The notes below the pieces were generated by a model that was not told the DNA's origin, searched no databases, and saw only the letters and a list, made by a program, of their open reading frames with translations. From the human T2T-CHM13v2.0 reference genome, Homo sapiens, in the NCBI RefSeq assembly GCF_009914755.1, contig NC_060940.1: 64,000 bases of DNA; one strand, given 5' to 3'. Position 1 is the first letter of the stretch, and each line of letters begins with the position of its first letter. This document shows positions 32,117 through 49,610 of this stretch, piece by piece. Both the position numbers and the translations under genes were made by a program.

Positions 32117-32995
32117 GTGGGGTGAGGGGCTTGGGGAAGAGACATCCTTGTGTTGGGCATTAACTGCGGTCTTGGTGCCAAGCCCAGTGCTCTGTGGGGT
32201 CTCTTTTAGTATGCAGAGCAGCCGGGTGGGGCAGAATGGATTCTCTCCATTTTTAAGATGAGGATGTTGAGGCTCAGAGAGGGGCAGCCACTTGCCACAC
32301 AGCAAGTGAGAGGCAATGGCATTCTCCCAGTCAATATTTGAAGGCCCGCCATGTGCCAGTCACTGGGGTATGTCTAGAATCTGAGACTGACCTGGGCTCA
32401 AATTTGTTTTATTCTTTCCACCCCCTGAGCACGCCACCGTTTTCTTATGCTAAGAGTAAAGCCATGGCCTCCCCTTGGACTCTCTGCCTCCATTCTCTCC
32501 TCTTCCACTCCATTTTGTATTCAGCAACCAGACCAATCTTCTCAGAACTTGAATCTGATTGTATCCCATCCCTGCTTACAATCCTTCAGGGACACTCCAC
32601 CACTGTCAGGATGAAGGCTAAATTCCTTAATTTGGTTTCATTAAGTCGGTCTGCAATCTGCTTGAGCATTTCAGCTTAATCGCCAGAGGATTGCTTCCAT
32701 ATTTCCCCCTAAACATACTTTACCCAAGCTGTAAGGTCCTACATAATTGTGCCAATAATTTAGCAGTGAGCTTCCTGGTAGCCGAAGCAAAAAGGGAAAG
32801 AAAACCACTGTGTGAGTTGTGAGAAAGTAGGAATCAATAAAGGCTGGAGTGGTCATGGAAGGCTTTCTGGGAAAGGTAGAGGTTGAGCTAAGGAAAGAAA
32901 GTATTTTAATAGGTAGGAGGACCCTTCATGGAGCTGCCCTTCCATTAAGGTCTAGCCTGGTCACCGTGCCTGGGTCTGAGGCCCTCCCTCCACAG

Positions 32996-33154
32996 GGCTG
33001 CCTTGAGCGACACGGTGGCGCTGTGGGAGTCCCTGCGGCAGCATGGGGAGACCAAGCTACTTCAGGCAGCAGAGGAGAAGTTCACCATCGAGCCTTTCAA
33101 AGCCAAGTCCCTGAAGGATGTGGAAGACCTGGGAAAGCTTGTGCAGACTCAGAG
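32996..33154 (+). CDS. CIITA: CIITA exon 12
   Basis: cacag|GGCT...AGAG|gtgag, 159 nt, AALSDTVALWESLRQHGETK... Confidence 0.96.
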
Positions 33155-33690
33155 GTGAGAGGAGAGGCGGATGGGAGGTGGTTCACGCCATGCAGGTTGA
33201 GGACATGTAGAACCCATTCTCAAGTTTGTCATGGGCATTTCCAGTGCCCCCTGTCCTCTGGGACACCCCATGCCCTCTTTCTGGGCAATGGCTAACCAGA
33301 GTCTCTCACTGCACTCGCTGCCCAGGCGGAGCCTCTAGAATTGAAAACTTTGCTGCATTCAAAACCTGCCATCATGTGCCCAAGTCTTAGCTAAAGCCAT
33401 GGAGAACCTCTCCCCTTCTAGGAGTTAACAAGGATGCCTTGTGCACCTAGTAACAGAAGTGACACCTACTGCCACCCTTTGAGGCATTTAGGACAACTGT
33501 TGTCCCAAATTTATAGACGGCAGAGCTAAGGTCCAGAAGGCAGACAAAACTTGATTACAGAACAAGTTAACTGTCTTTCATTCATTCCTTCATCACACAT
33601 TGTTTGAGCGCCTCTTAAGTGCTGTCTGGGATAGGTACTGGTAAGTGCCTAATCTGAGGCTCATTTCCATGAAAGATACAGTCCTGAGAT

Positions 33691-33998
33691 CTTTTATTTT
33701 TATTTTTATTATTTCTTAAAGACAGGGTCTCGCTGTGCCTACCAGGCTAGAATACAGTAGTGCGATCATAGCTTACTGTAGCTTCGGAACTCCTGAGCTC
33801 AAGCGATCCTCCTGCCTCAGCCTCCCAAGTAGCTGGGATTATAGGTGCACGTCATCACACCGGATGATTTTTTAAGTTTTTGTAGACACAGGGATCTTGC
33901 TATGTTGCCCAGGCTGGTCTTGAACTCCTGGCCTCAAGCAATCCTCCTGCCTCAGCCTCCCAAAGTGCTGGGACTACAGTCACGAGGCACCGCACCCA
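33691..33998 (-). mobile_element. Alu (J-like) in intron 12
   Basis: Antisense Alu consensus. Confidence 0.88.
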
Positions 33999-34155
33999 GA
34001 CAGATCTTTTTTTTTTAAGAGGGGGACAACAGTTGCCCCAAGGAAAGCAATCCCCCTGGGGAATTTGGGGCACTGGGGCAGCCATCATGGGACCCATGGG
34101 TAAGGGCTCAGTGACAGCAGTGCCTGCTCCCCCTAACATTGCCTGTTCTCTCCAG

Positions 34156-34227
34156 GACGAGAAGTTCCTCGGAAGACACAGCTGGGGAGCTCCCTGCTGT
34201 TCGGGACCTAAAGAAACTGGAGTTTGC
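34156..34227 (+). CDS. CIITA: CIITA exon 13 (RDLKK NLS-like motif)
   Basis: tccag|GACG...TTGC|gtaag, 72 nt, TRSSSEDTAGELPAVRDLKKLEF. Confidence 0.96.
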
Positions 34228-34865
34228 GTAAGCAAAGGGGTGGATTGTCTTGTGGGTCTGCGCAAGGTTTCCCCTGCAGCATTAGCTGGGCTTGTACCAC
34301 CTGAATGGAGATAGATCTCCAGAATCATTCTTACCCTCTTGCCCACCACTTTGGAAATAGCTTCCAGCAGCTGGAAAGTGACCAGTGTGGGCAAATGCTG
34401 GAGGTTCTCAGATTTGAAGCTAATGGACCCGTTTGCTGGTTAACATGGTCATTCCCATCACTCATTCAACAGACGTATTGAGCACTTGAATGACTGAGGC
34501 TGCTGTCCTCATGAGCTGACAGTCTAATCAACTCCCCTCTGGAGGAGGTCAGGGGGACTTCCTGGAGGAGGTGATATCTGCACTGAAGCTTCAGTGAGGA
34601 TAAGGAATGAGCTGAGTGGGGAGAGGGGAGTAAGAAAGGCTTTCCAGGAATTGTAATTTGGCCAGGGATCAGAAAAGGCCCAATGTGTCCCCAACCTTCC
34701 ATAGGAGGATGCCACTATGACTATGGAGTCCTTTTCCCTCCTGTGGCCAGGAACTGCACAACGTCCCTTGTGCCTGAGCTTGTTTACTTCCACAGCCAAG
34801 GGATGGCCTCCCCAGGGAGAATCTTTCCCCCATTTTGAAATTCCCAGGAGCTTTTGATGTGCAGC

Positions 34866-34978
34866 TAGGATGAAAAAGCAACCCTACTTGCCTGGGACTA
34901 TCCTGGTTTGAAAACTGAAAGTCTTGCATCCCAAGAAGCCCCTTAGTCCCAGGCAAACTGGGACAGTTGGTCGCTCTA
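34866..34978. mobile_element. hAT MITE, MER81-like
   Basis: TTGCCTGGGACT...AGTCCCAGGCAAACTGGGACAGTTGGTC internal inverted repeat. Confidence 0.6.
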
Positions 34979-35157
34979 TGTGTGGCCAGGGCTGGGGGCC
35001 ACACCCTAGGCAGTGTTGCTGGGGTGACAGAAATGGAGACCTAGGCAAGGCTCTAGGGAGTCCAGTTGTGTCTGGGTCACTGAGGAGGGGCAGCCCACCA
35101 TACATGGGCCCCAAGAAAGCACAATAATTATTATATTTAGATCTGTCAGAATATAGC

Positions 35158-35540
35158 TTTTCTTTCTTTCTTTCCTTTCTTCTCTCTTTCTTTTTCTTTC
35201 TTTCTTCTTTCTTTCTTTCTCTCTTTCTTTCCTCTTTCTTTCCTTTCCCTTCCTTTTCTTTCCTTCCCTCCCTCCCTCCTTCCTTCCTTCCCTCCCTCCC
35301 TTCTTCCCCCTTTTCTTCTTTTTCTTTCTCTCTGTTTCTTTCTTTCTTTCTCTCTCTCTCTCCCTTCCTTCCTCCCTCCCTATCTCTCTCTTTCTTTCTT
35401 TCTTTCCTTCTTTTCTTTCTTTCCTTTCTCTCCTTTCTCTTTCTTTCTTTCCATTCTCTTTCTTTCTCTTTCCTTCCCTCCCTTCCTTCTCTTCCTTCCT
35501 TCTTTTTCCTTTCCTTTTCTTTCCTTTTCTTTTCTTTCTT
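35158..35540 (+). repeat. ~380-bp CT-rich polypyrimidine tract (expanded Alu tail) followed by antisense Alu to 35818
   Basis: (TTTC)/(CCTT)/(CT) mosaics. Confidence 0.92.
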
Positions 35541-35962
35541 GAGGCAGAGTCTTACTCTGTCCCTCAGGCTGGAGTTCAGTGGCACAATCACAGCTCACCA
35601 CAGCCTCAACCTCCCTAGGCTCAAGTGATCCTCCCACCTCAGCCTCCCTAGTAGCTGGGACTACAGGCATGCCCCACCTGACTAATTTTTGTATTTTTTG
35701 TAGAGACAGGATTTCACCATGTTGCCCAGTCTGGTCTCGAGCTCCTGGGCTCAAGCAATCCTCCCACCTCAGCCTCCCAAAGTGCTAGGATTACAGGTGC
35801 GAGCTCCCGCACCTGGCCAGAACAGGCTTTTAAATTTGCAGCTCACCTTCCATCTCAATTATCTCAGGCCACCCTCCTCTACAGGCATTGTCATCATCTC
35901 CCCATTGTACAAATGGCAATGCTGAGAACAAGAGACTTTAAATTGTTTATCCAAAGTCATAA

Positions 35963-36469
<507 letters not shown>

Positions 36470-36932
36470 TGAGGAGACGGAGGCCTGGTGAGGTTAAGTG
36501 ACTTGCCCGTGGTCCCCCAGCTGGTCACCCACAAGCTATCAGCTCTCCCTGATCACTGCTCCCCTGTGCCCCAGAAAAAAGCCAGTGTCTCTTGTTTTGA
36601 ACAGAGACAAGGTGCTAAATTTGTCCAGAGGTAAAAATGATGCTGAAAAGGGGAAATGTCTGAAAACAATAACTGAGGGCCCTTTCTGGCCTTAAATTAT
36701 TTTCAGCTGAAAAAGCCCCTAGTTCAAGATCGGAACTGCGCTCTGGGGAACAGCGGCCATGGGGTGGAACAGCCTAGAGCCGGGTGATCAGCCACCTGGA
36801 GACCGGAAGCCCCCGAGGAGGTTCTGAGGAAGGAAGGAAGGAAGGAAAAGACTATTTCTGGCATTTTCTCAGGCTTCTACTGTGCCCAGGCACCCTGTAG
36901 ACCTCATCTGTCTGTCAAATCAGGGTTCTTAG

Positions 36933-37942
<1,010 letters not shown>

Positions 37943-38795
37943 AGAACTCCATTCCCCTCATGGTTAAAAAAAAAACTCCATCCCCCTCACCACTGTATAT
38001 TTCCATATGATTCATTGTCTCAGACATCAGCTTGCTTTCCGATTTCTTTGATTATCTGTCTATCTTCCCCCCTGGAATGTCAGCACCCAGAAGGCAGGGA
38101 TTTTCGTCTGTTTGGCCCACAACTTTCCTCCCTGGGCCTGGCACATAGTAGGCAAGCGGTCAATATTTAACAACGAATGCCTTAATCCAAGAACCCCCAT
38201 AAGATTGGGGTGAAATATTTGAGGAGATCAAGACTTAAGGGTGAAGGGATTTGCCAAGGCCTTTAGCAGGGAGCCAAATGCCAGATCCTGGAGTCAAACT
38301 CTGATCCTGTGGCCTTTTGCTGAGGCCAGTGTTCTCAGACTTCAGGATTTCAGAGGCCGAGAACATTTCGGAATGAATTCGAGTGACCGTGCGCGGTTAC
38401 TGTTTTTTAATGTTTATCAAGGATGCTCATTCAAACAAACAAATAACAACAAAATACCCACTGCTGGCACCATAATTTTACCAAAGAATGATCATTCTAA
38501 TATTGAAAAAGTTCAAAGGACATAATTGCAGAATAAAAGACAGCTCTTTATATGGAATGCATTTAACCATATTTTTAAACTAAACGGCCCTTCGTTGTCC
38601 TTATTTTTCTCATCCCCTTGAAGTCTGCTCTAAATGTTGATCCAGGCTGTGTGACCCTGTGTGAGCTATTTGATCGCCTAGTGCCTCAGTTTCCCTATAT
38701 GTAAAATGGAGATAAGAGCCCATAGCTCAGAGTCTTGAGGAGTAAATGAGATCTAGGCCGAGGGAAGGGCCTAGCATGCCCCTGGCTTATAATAA

Positions 38796-39158
<363 letters not shown>

Positions 39159-39161
39159 TGA

Positions 39162-39350
<189 letters not shown>

Positions 39351-39545
39351 TGAAATCTACCCCAAGCAGAAAAGATTGGGGTCCTCCGTGGAAGGGTTGC
39401 AGGGACCTAAGAGGCTGGGGTGGAAGGGAAGAGGAGGGGCCTCAGACAGGACCTGACTTCTGTGCCTTGTCTCTGCCCCACCCTGGGGCTGAATGAGGGG
39501 CTGTGACTGTGACTGGAGGTCTTACCCTTGCTCTTTGCCTCCTAG

Positions 39546-39626
39546 GCTGGGCCCTGTCTCAGGCCCCCAGGCTTTCCCCAAACTGGTGCGGATCCTCACG
39601 GCCTTTTCCTCCCTGCAGCATCTGGA
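39546..39626 (+). CDS. CIITA: CIITA exon 14 (LRR)
   Basis: cctag|GCTG...TGGA|gtgag, 81 nt, LGPVSGPQAFPKLVRILTAFSSLQHL. Confidence 0.96.
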
Positions 39627-40342
39627 GTGAGTATAGACTCTGGGACCCCTTCCTCTCAACATCTGGGTGCAGTGCTGTGATCATAGCTCACTGCAGCCTC
39701 GAATTCCTGGCCTCAAGTAGTCCTCCTGCCTCAGCCTCCTGAGTAGCTGGGACCACAGGTGCATGCTACAGTGCCCAGCAACCTCTGGGTTTTGACAACC
39801 CCAAATCCTGCCCCCAAGGCACCTGCAGAAAGAAAAGCCCTCACTTTGTCCCTTTTTTTCTCTCTTCCGCCTACTGCATCCTCAATGTGGCTGGCACATG
39901 AGTGATGAGATGACGCCACATCAGATGGGAATCCCCAGTGACAAAAAAAGTTGTAGATCCTTTCGTGACCTTTGAAACTCCTTTCCTCACAACCTCATTT
40001 GCTGCTCTCAGCAATTCAGCTGGGGAGGGATTGGGGAGCATAGTCCTACTTTACAGTGGAGGTTAAGGAAGTTGCCAAGCCTCAGGGGCTTAGTTCCTAA
40101 GAAGCTAAACAGGGATTCAAGTCCATCATGAGTTAGACTTTGCCCTCTGGCTGCCTGGTTGGAGCCCCCAGGTGATGAAGTCCTCGTCTGAAAAGCTCAG
40201 GAATGTGCCGGCTGCCTATGGTGTATTAGAGCTGGGGGGTGGGAAGGGCAGGTGCCAGGGCTGAGGAGGCCCTCACTGGGATGGGAAGGGTCAGATGGCC
40301 CCAGGACGCTAGCTGATGGCCCCCATCTGATTCCACCTGCAG

Positions 40343-40435
40343 CCTGGATGCGCTGAGTGAGAACAAGATCGGGGACGAGGGTGTCTCGCAGCTCTCAGCC
40401 ACCTTCCCCCAGCTGAAGTCCTTGGAAACCCTCAA
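40343..40435 (+). CDS. CIITA: CIITA exon 15 (LRR)
   Basis: tgcag|CCTG...TCAA|gtgag, 93 nt, LDALSENKIGDEGVSQLSATFPQLKSLETL. Confidence 0.96.
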
Positions 40436-41085
40436 GTGAGTGAGCTGGGCCTGCCCTTCCTGCTGAATCGGGCCCCCAAAGTCCGGCTGACTTTTTCAAA
40501 ATTAATTTAAATTTGTTTTTTTAGACAAGGGCTCGCTGTGTCACCCAGGCTAGAATATAGTGCTATGATCATACCTCTGCAGCCTTGAACTCCTGGCCTC
40601 AAGGAATCTCCTCACCTCCGCTTCCCAAAGTGCTGGGATTATAGGTGTGACTTACCATGCCCAGCCCCAGTGGATTCATCCATTCACTCATTCACCTATT
40701 CAATCAGCCATTCATCCTTCCATTCAATGATTCATCCATTCACTCATGCAGTCATTTCTTTATTCCCTCATCCAACCACTCACTCAATCATTTCTTTACT
40801 TACCCAACCATTTATTAATTTAATCAACAAATATTTAAGGAGGACCTACTATGTGCAGGCACCTTTCTAGGCCCTGGAGACCCAGCTTTAAACAAAACAA
40901 ATAAATCCCCTGACCTCAGGAATCTTAAATTCTAGTGAGGAGACACAATGAACAAGTAAACAAGTCGGTAATTATAAAGTATACAGTAATGAAAATAATG
41001 TTTGGTGACAGAAAATTATACTGGGGGGTGAAATAGGAGAGATAGATTAGGATTTATCAATAAAGCATTATTATCAAAACAGTAA

Positions 41086-41331
<246 letters not shown>

Positions 41332-41479
41332 TAGAGACGTGGTTTCACCACGTTGCCCAGGCTGGTCTTGAACTTCTGAGCTCAAGCCATCCTCCTGCCT
41401 CTGCCTCCCAAAGTACTGGGATTACAGGCATGAGTCACTGTGCCTGGTTCAATGGGATTTTTTTTTTTTTTTTTTTTGA

Positions 41480-41773
<294 letters not shown>

Positions 41774-42417
41774 TGAACCTAGAGGATATCAAAATCTTCC
41801 CACACTCCCCCTCACAACCAAGGTCTTAGGATGGCCAAATAATTTACCAGAATTTACTTAGCAATTTCCTTAATTGTAGGACTGTGGGACTTCTCCAGTA
41901 ATTTCTAGTGTCCTAGGTAACACTGTAAGCTAGATTTCTTCTCCTTAGTCCTTCCGTCCCCCTCTTTCTTACCCGCCACCCCACTTAAGTATTTATTGAG
42001 CACCTACTATGTGCCTGGCAGTGCTCTAGGCACAGGGATACAGTAATGAGCAAAACAGACACAGCCCTGCTCCATGTGAAGCCCACAACCCGGCAGAAAG
42101 GATTACACAGCCATTAAACAAATAATGCCAACACTTATTTCATTATAGTGCTGAAAAGTGGCGCAGAGGGAAAAGAGGGGATGTTGTAAAGTCATGGGAC
42201 AGGTGGGGGCAGGAGGGTGCACTCTCCCTCCCATCCACCTCCTCATCCCTGCCCTCCCACTTGGCCACAGGACCTAACAGTATCCTCCTATTTACCGAGA
42301 GGTAGCTTAAGTCTGTCGACAGCGCCATTCACAGCCTATGACCCAGAACTCTCCTTGAGGTCAAAGTGAGGCATGCAAGTTTGGTCCTGAGCCCTCCCCC
42401 TCACTGTGTCCCCGCAG

Positions 42418-42504
42418 TCTGTCCCAGAACAACATCACTGACCTGGGTGCCTACAAACTCGCCGAGGCCCTGCCTTCGCTCGCTGCATCCCTGCTCAGGC
42501 TAAG
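42418..42504 (+). CDS. CIITA: CIITA exon 16 (LRR)
   Basis: cgcag|TCTG...TAAG|gtgag, 87 nt, LSQNNITDLGAYKLAEALPSLAASLLRL. Confidence 0.96.
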
Positions 42505-42577
42505 GTGAGTGGGGCCCCGGATACCGGTCAGGTGCTGAGCTGGGGGGCTGCAGAGCGCAGGGAACCCACATCGTGCT

Positions 42578-42857
42578 GGCTGCAGGGGACACTGAGACCC
42601 TAGAAGCAATCACCACAGCCCTGAACAAAAGGATTAGCGGGACGTGGTGAAAGAAACTCTGAGCAAGTCACTTATTCATTCCTAGCCCCTGTTTTCTTAC
42701 CTGGAAAATGGGAACCATCCTAATGGTCTATGTAAGCACTTGTCACAATGCCAGGTTCTGTTATGCAATAAATATTGCTCCTTTTCCCCCAGGGATGGCA
42801 GGACCAGGCTTTTTCCGGAACCTAGGGGTGGTGGCTTCTGGAAGGCTAACCACGCAC
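42578..42857 (+). repeat. Intron-16 direct repeat copy 1 (partner 45824-46102)
   Basis: Colinear ~280 bp, roughly 85-90% identity by eye. Confidence 0.9.
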
Positions 42858-42952
42858 GTCAGCTTTTGCCGGCCTTGTCACTTACATACCGGTCAGTGTT
42901 TCACTGCCACCTTCTGGTAGGCCTTGGCATAGCACCTCTTGCTTTTGAGTGA

Positions 42953-43618
<666 letters not shown>

Positions 43619-43620
<2 letters not shown>

Positions 43621-43914
43621 CCTATACCCTCCTGAGCCTTGTTAATTTCTTCCCAGCATGATCACTGTTTTACAATATTTTATTTATGTAGGTGCTTACT
43701 TCTTGCTATGCAAAGAAACTCAGAAGCAAAAATAGAATCTGTCTGGTTCATAATTGTGCTAAAAACTAGAGATACAAGTATGAACTAGACAGATGTCGTT
43801 CTTGCTTTTGAGTTTCTTTGCGTAGTAGGAATTAGGCACATACATAAATAAAATATTGTAAAACAGTGATTCATGCTGGGAAGGAAACTAACAAGCCCCA
43901 GGAGGGTACAGGAC
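43619..43914. repeat. Long inverted repeat (arms 43619-43757 and 43774-43914)
   Basis: About 20 differences over ~140 bp; perfect 30-bp core 43661-43690 vs 43841-43870. Confidence 0.93.
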
Positions 43915-44694
<780 letters not shown>

Positions 44695-44844
44695 TCAGAT
44701 TACTCTCCCTGTGGGGTGGAGGAAGGGTCTCCAGGGTTCAGAGATTGCAAAACCCCCATCTAGTTTCTGCACTGGTACCGGCCGACCCGTGATGTGAGTT
44801 GATTTAGCCTGAATCCACTTGGCAGCAGTGTAAACCTGCTGCAT

Positions 44845-45140
44845 TTATTTATTTTTTTCTTTTTTTTTCGAGACAGAGTTTCGCTCTTGTTGCCAAGGCT
44901 GGAGTGCAGTCTCAGTTCACTGCAACTCCGCCTCCCGAGTTCAAGCAATTCTCCTGCCTCAGCCTCTCAAGTAGCTGGGAGTATAGGCATGTGCCATCAC
45001 ACCCGGCTAATTTTGTATTTTTAGTAGAGACGGGGTTTCTCCATGTTGGTCAGGCTGGTCTCAAACTCCCGACCTTAGGTGATCCACCCGCCTCGGCCTC
45101 CAAAGTGTTAGGATTACAGGCGTGAGCCACTGCACCTGCT
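44845..45140 (-). mobile_element. AluS
   Basis: Antisense Alu consensus. Confidence 0.88.
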
Positions 45141-45823
45141 GCTTTTATATGCAGCCCTGCAAGGGAGTTCTGAGGCTGAATCATGGCAAAGTCATGGCCC
45201 TGAAATCATACCCGCAGCAGCACCTGACCTGTTAAAAGGCTGCTTGGTGTCGAGTAAACAGCTGAAGTTGGCATCAGTGACACTCATCATGCTATTTTCA
45301 CTGCTACTAATGCTGGTTGTGAATATGCTGCAGAAACTGGAGCTGGTCCAGTGACTGGCTTTTTCTCTTCCTGCCCCCAGTGCTGGTCACACCCTCTATG
45401 TTAACTCATGCGACCCTCACCAATGTTCCTGTGATGTAGTCAGAACCATAGCTAACATTTAGTTCATTCTAGGCACCAAGGCATATTCTAAATGTTATAT
45501 CAGCATTGATTCATTTACTCCTCCCCACAATGACTCTATCATGCCCATTTTACAGATGGGCAAACTGAGTCTCAGAAGAGTTGAGTAGCTTGCCCAAGGT
45601 CACATAGGCAGTAAGAGGCATAGCTGGGATTTGAACTTGGGAAGTTGTTCTGACAGTTTCCACACAGTAAGGCAAGAAATGACTTCCTTTTAGTCCTGCT
45701 GTTTTCCTGGGCTCACTGTTTGACCACAGAGAAGTGGTCTCAACTCTCTGGGTCTTGGTTTGCCTGTCTTTAAAATGGGGCAGTAATCCCAGTAGGTGGT
45801 GACTCCCACGGGGCTGACCTCCA

Positions 45824-46102
45824 GGCTGCAGGGGACACTGAGATCCTAGAAGCAATCACCACAGCCCTGAACAAGAGAACTAGTGGGACCTGGGGACAGA
45901 AACTTTGAGCAAGTCACTTATTCATTCCTAGCCTCTATTTTCATATCTAGAAAATGGGAACCATCCCAATGGCCTATGTAAGTACTTGGCACAATGCCAG
46001 GCTCTGTTGTGCAATAAATATTGGTTCCTTCCCCCAGGGATAGTGGGACCAGGCTTTTTCTGGAATCTAGGGATGGTGGCTTCTGGAAGGCTGACCATGC
46101 AC
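45824..46102 (+). repeat. Intron-16 direct repeat copy 2
   Basis: See 42578-42857. Confidence 0.9.
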
Positions 46103-46141
46103 AGGCCTCCAATCCCTCCCCCTGGCCTCTGTTTCCGACAG

Positions 46142-46225
46142 CTTGTACAATAACTGCATCTGCGACGTGGGAGCCGAGAGCTTGGCTCGTGTGCTTCCGG
46201 ACATGGTGTCCCTCCGGGTGATGGA
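46142..46225 (+). CDS. CIITA: CIITA exon 17 (LRR)
   Basis: gacag|CTTG...TGGA|gtgag, 84 nt, LYNNCICDVGAESLARVLPDMVSLRVM. Confidence 0.96.
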
Positions 46226-46381
46226 GTGAGTGTGGGAGTCTGGGCGGTGGGTGGCTCAGCCCGGGGTGGGAGACACTGAAGTCTCTCCCTGGTGTCCTGG
46301 AAGAGCTGGATGTGGGGGTGGCCTTGGTCTGGAGCTGGGGAGTCCCAAGGGCCAGGCCCCAAGGTGAGTTTCTCTTGCCAG

Positions 46382-46465
46382 CGTCCAGTACAACAAGTTC
46401 ACGGCTGCCGGGGCCCAGCAGCTCGCTGCCAGCCTTCGGAGGTGTCCTCATGTGGAGACGCTGGC
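46382..46465 (+). CDS. CIITA: CIITA exon 18 (LRR)
   Basis: gccag|CGTC...TGGC|gtaag, 84 nt, VQYNKFTAAGAQQLAASLRRCPHVETL. Confidence 0.96.
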
Positions 46466-46736
46466 GTAAGTCCAGGCAACCCTGGTGGGTGGAGAACAAC
46501 TCACTCCCCAGGCGTGTGGCCCAGTGTGACCCCGGAGCTCAAATCATGCTCTTCCCTTCACCAATCTGCAACCCTGGGTGAGCAGACACTTCCCCCTCTG
46601 GCTTCAGCTTCTTCATCTGTAAAGTGGGGACAGTAATAATATCCACCCAAGAGGTTTTGTGAGGCTTAAACTAATCAAGCCCTACAAAGCTCTTATAACA
46701 ACAGTAGCTGGCACACAAAAATGCCAATAAATGCTA

Positions 46737-46819
46737 TATTAGGCTGAACCATATGAAATTGCTGACATCCACCCATTTTTGACCTGTAAAATTGGCAATT
46801 TCATATGGTTCAGGTTTAT
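46737..46819. mobile_element. MADE2-like mariner MITE
   Basis: TIRs TGAACCATATGAAATTG ... CAATTTCATATGGTTCA, ~80 bp. Confidence 0.75.
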
Positions 46820-47202
46820 CTTTTATTAAGTCACCATGATGTCCAATACTGGTTACTTTATATTCTTTCAAAGCACTTTTATCTCCACAATCACTCACCT
46901 CTTCTAAGACGCACAGGGTGGGTCTTACAAGACCCATTTTACAGATGAGGAAAATAAAGCACAGAGCAGTTAACTAACCTTTCTGGGGTCACACAGCAAG
47001 TCAGCTGCAGAACCATAAAGGAATCTCGGGCCTCCTAGGCTTCTCCTTTTCCCCATGACCCACACCGGTCGGTATCTTGCCAGGGGAAAAGTCCCCAACG
47101 TTCTAGGCTGGGTGGAAGGAGGGATTTGGGGGCAGCTGTCACTGGGGCCCCAGGCCGCCCTCTCTCCTCTAACCTGGCTCTGAGTCCCATCCCCCCTTGC
47201 AG

Positions 47203-47278
47203 GATGTGGACGCCCACCATCCCATTCAGTGTCCAGGAACACCTGCAACAACAGGATTCACGGATCAGCCTGAGATGA
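47203..47278 (+). CDS. CIITA: CIITA exon 19 coding part (exon continues to 47300)
   Basis: tgcag|GATG... MWTPTIPFSVQEHLQQQDSRISLR-TGA(47276-47278); donor GG|GTAACC at 47301. Confidence 0.96.
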
Positions 47279-47852
47279 TCCCAGCTGTGCTCTGGACAGG
47301 GTAACCAGGGTGGGCTTGGGAGGGGAGAGCCGCAGTGGGTTGGGGGCAGTGTCCTTGTGAAGGTGGCATTCAAAAAATGTGGGCGGGACACAGGTGGGGC
47401 TAGGCCACCACCCTTGGACGCATGCGTCATCAGAGACATCCCCTCATCTCCACCCTGGGCTCGGTGGAGCTGTCCTCCAGGCTTTGCGAGCTTGGTCCCT
47501 GTGGTCAGGCTTAGAGATCAGGGGACAGGAAAGTTGGCCATCCACATCCCACAGCCTCAGTGCTTGGAAGAGCTTCCTTTGGGGACTCCAAGCCTTCCCA
47601 GCTGCTGTTTCGGCTTGGTGGCTGCCCTGATGCTCCGGGTTTGTCTCAGATGAACTTGCTTGACAAGTCTCCTGCTCCTCACTATGAAGATCACTGTCCC
47701 CCAGCCCTGTGCTCCCCGCACTGTGCTGCACGTCCACCTCCATTCCACTGCCCCTCCCATCCCCCCATCTTGATAGCACCCTTCCCAGGTGTCAAGCTGC
47801 CCCTCCTAGAGTGTCCTGCCTAAACCCCCTCTCCTGGCTCCTCCCGCTACAG

Positions 47853-48840
<988 letters not shown>

Positions 48841-48894
48841 GCAGGTCCAGGGTTTGAGTTCATACCCTGTTACCATTTTGGGGTACCCACTGCT

Positions 48895-49610
48895 CTGGTT
48901 ATCTAATATGTAACAAGCCACCCCAAATCATAGTGGCTTAAAACAACACTCACATTTATTCTGCTCACATATCTGTCATTTGAGCAGGGCTCAGCGGGGA
49001 CAGCTCCTTCTGTCCTACTCTGTGTCAGGTGGGGCAGCTTGAGGGTTGGGCTGGTGTCACCTGAAGACTCATTCTTCTGTACGTCTGACAGGCAATGCTG
49101 GCTGTTGGCTGGGGGCCTCAGTGCCACTACGGAATAGTTGGCTAGGACCCCTCCATGTGGGCTAGTTGGGCTTCCTCATAGTATGGTGGCTGGGTTGGAG
49201 GGTGTCCCAAAAAGAAAGGAGGGGATAGAGAGAGACCACTTTTCATAACCTAGCCTTAGAAGTCACACAGTATTACTTCTGCTACATATATATGTTTTAA
49301 GAGGCAGGGTCTCACTCTGTCGCCCAGTCTGGAATGCAGTGGTATGATCACGGCTCACTGCAGCCTCAACCTCCTGGGCTAAGTGATCCTCCCACCTCAG
49401 CCTCCCGAATAGCTGGGACTACAGGTGTGAGTCACCAAGCCCAGTTAATCTTTAGTTTTATTTTTGTAGAGCCAGGGTCTCACTATGTTGCCCAGGCAGG
49501 TCTTGAACTCCTGGCCTCAAGTGATTCTCCTGCCTCAGCCTCCCAAAGTGCTGGGATTACAGGTGTGAACCACCACACCCAGCCCACTTCTGCCATATTC
49601 TGTTGGCCAG
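48895..49610. mobile_element. MaLR LTR (MLT1-type) interrupted by antisense Alu 49295-49584
   Basis: CACCCCAAA...AGTGGCTTAAAACAAC; GGGCTTCCTCATAGTATGG; GAAGTCACACAG...CTTCTGCCATATTCTGTTGG. Confidence 0.75.

Noticed and set aside
34884-35591. 235-aa K/E/R-rich ORF on the - strand
   Set aside because: Translation of the CT microsatellite and Alu.
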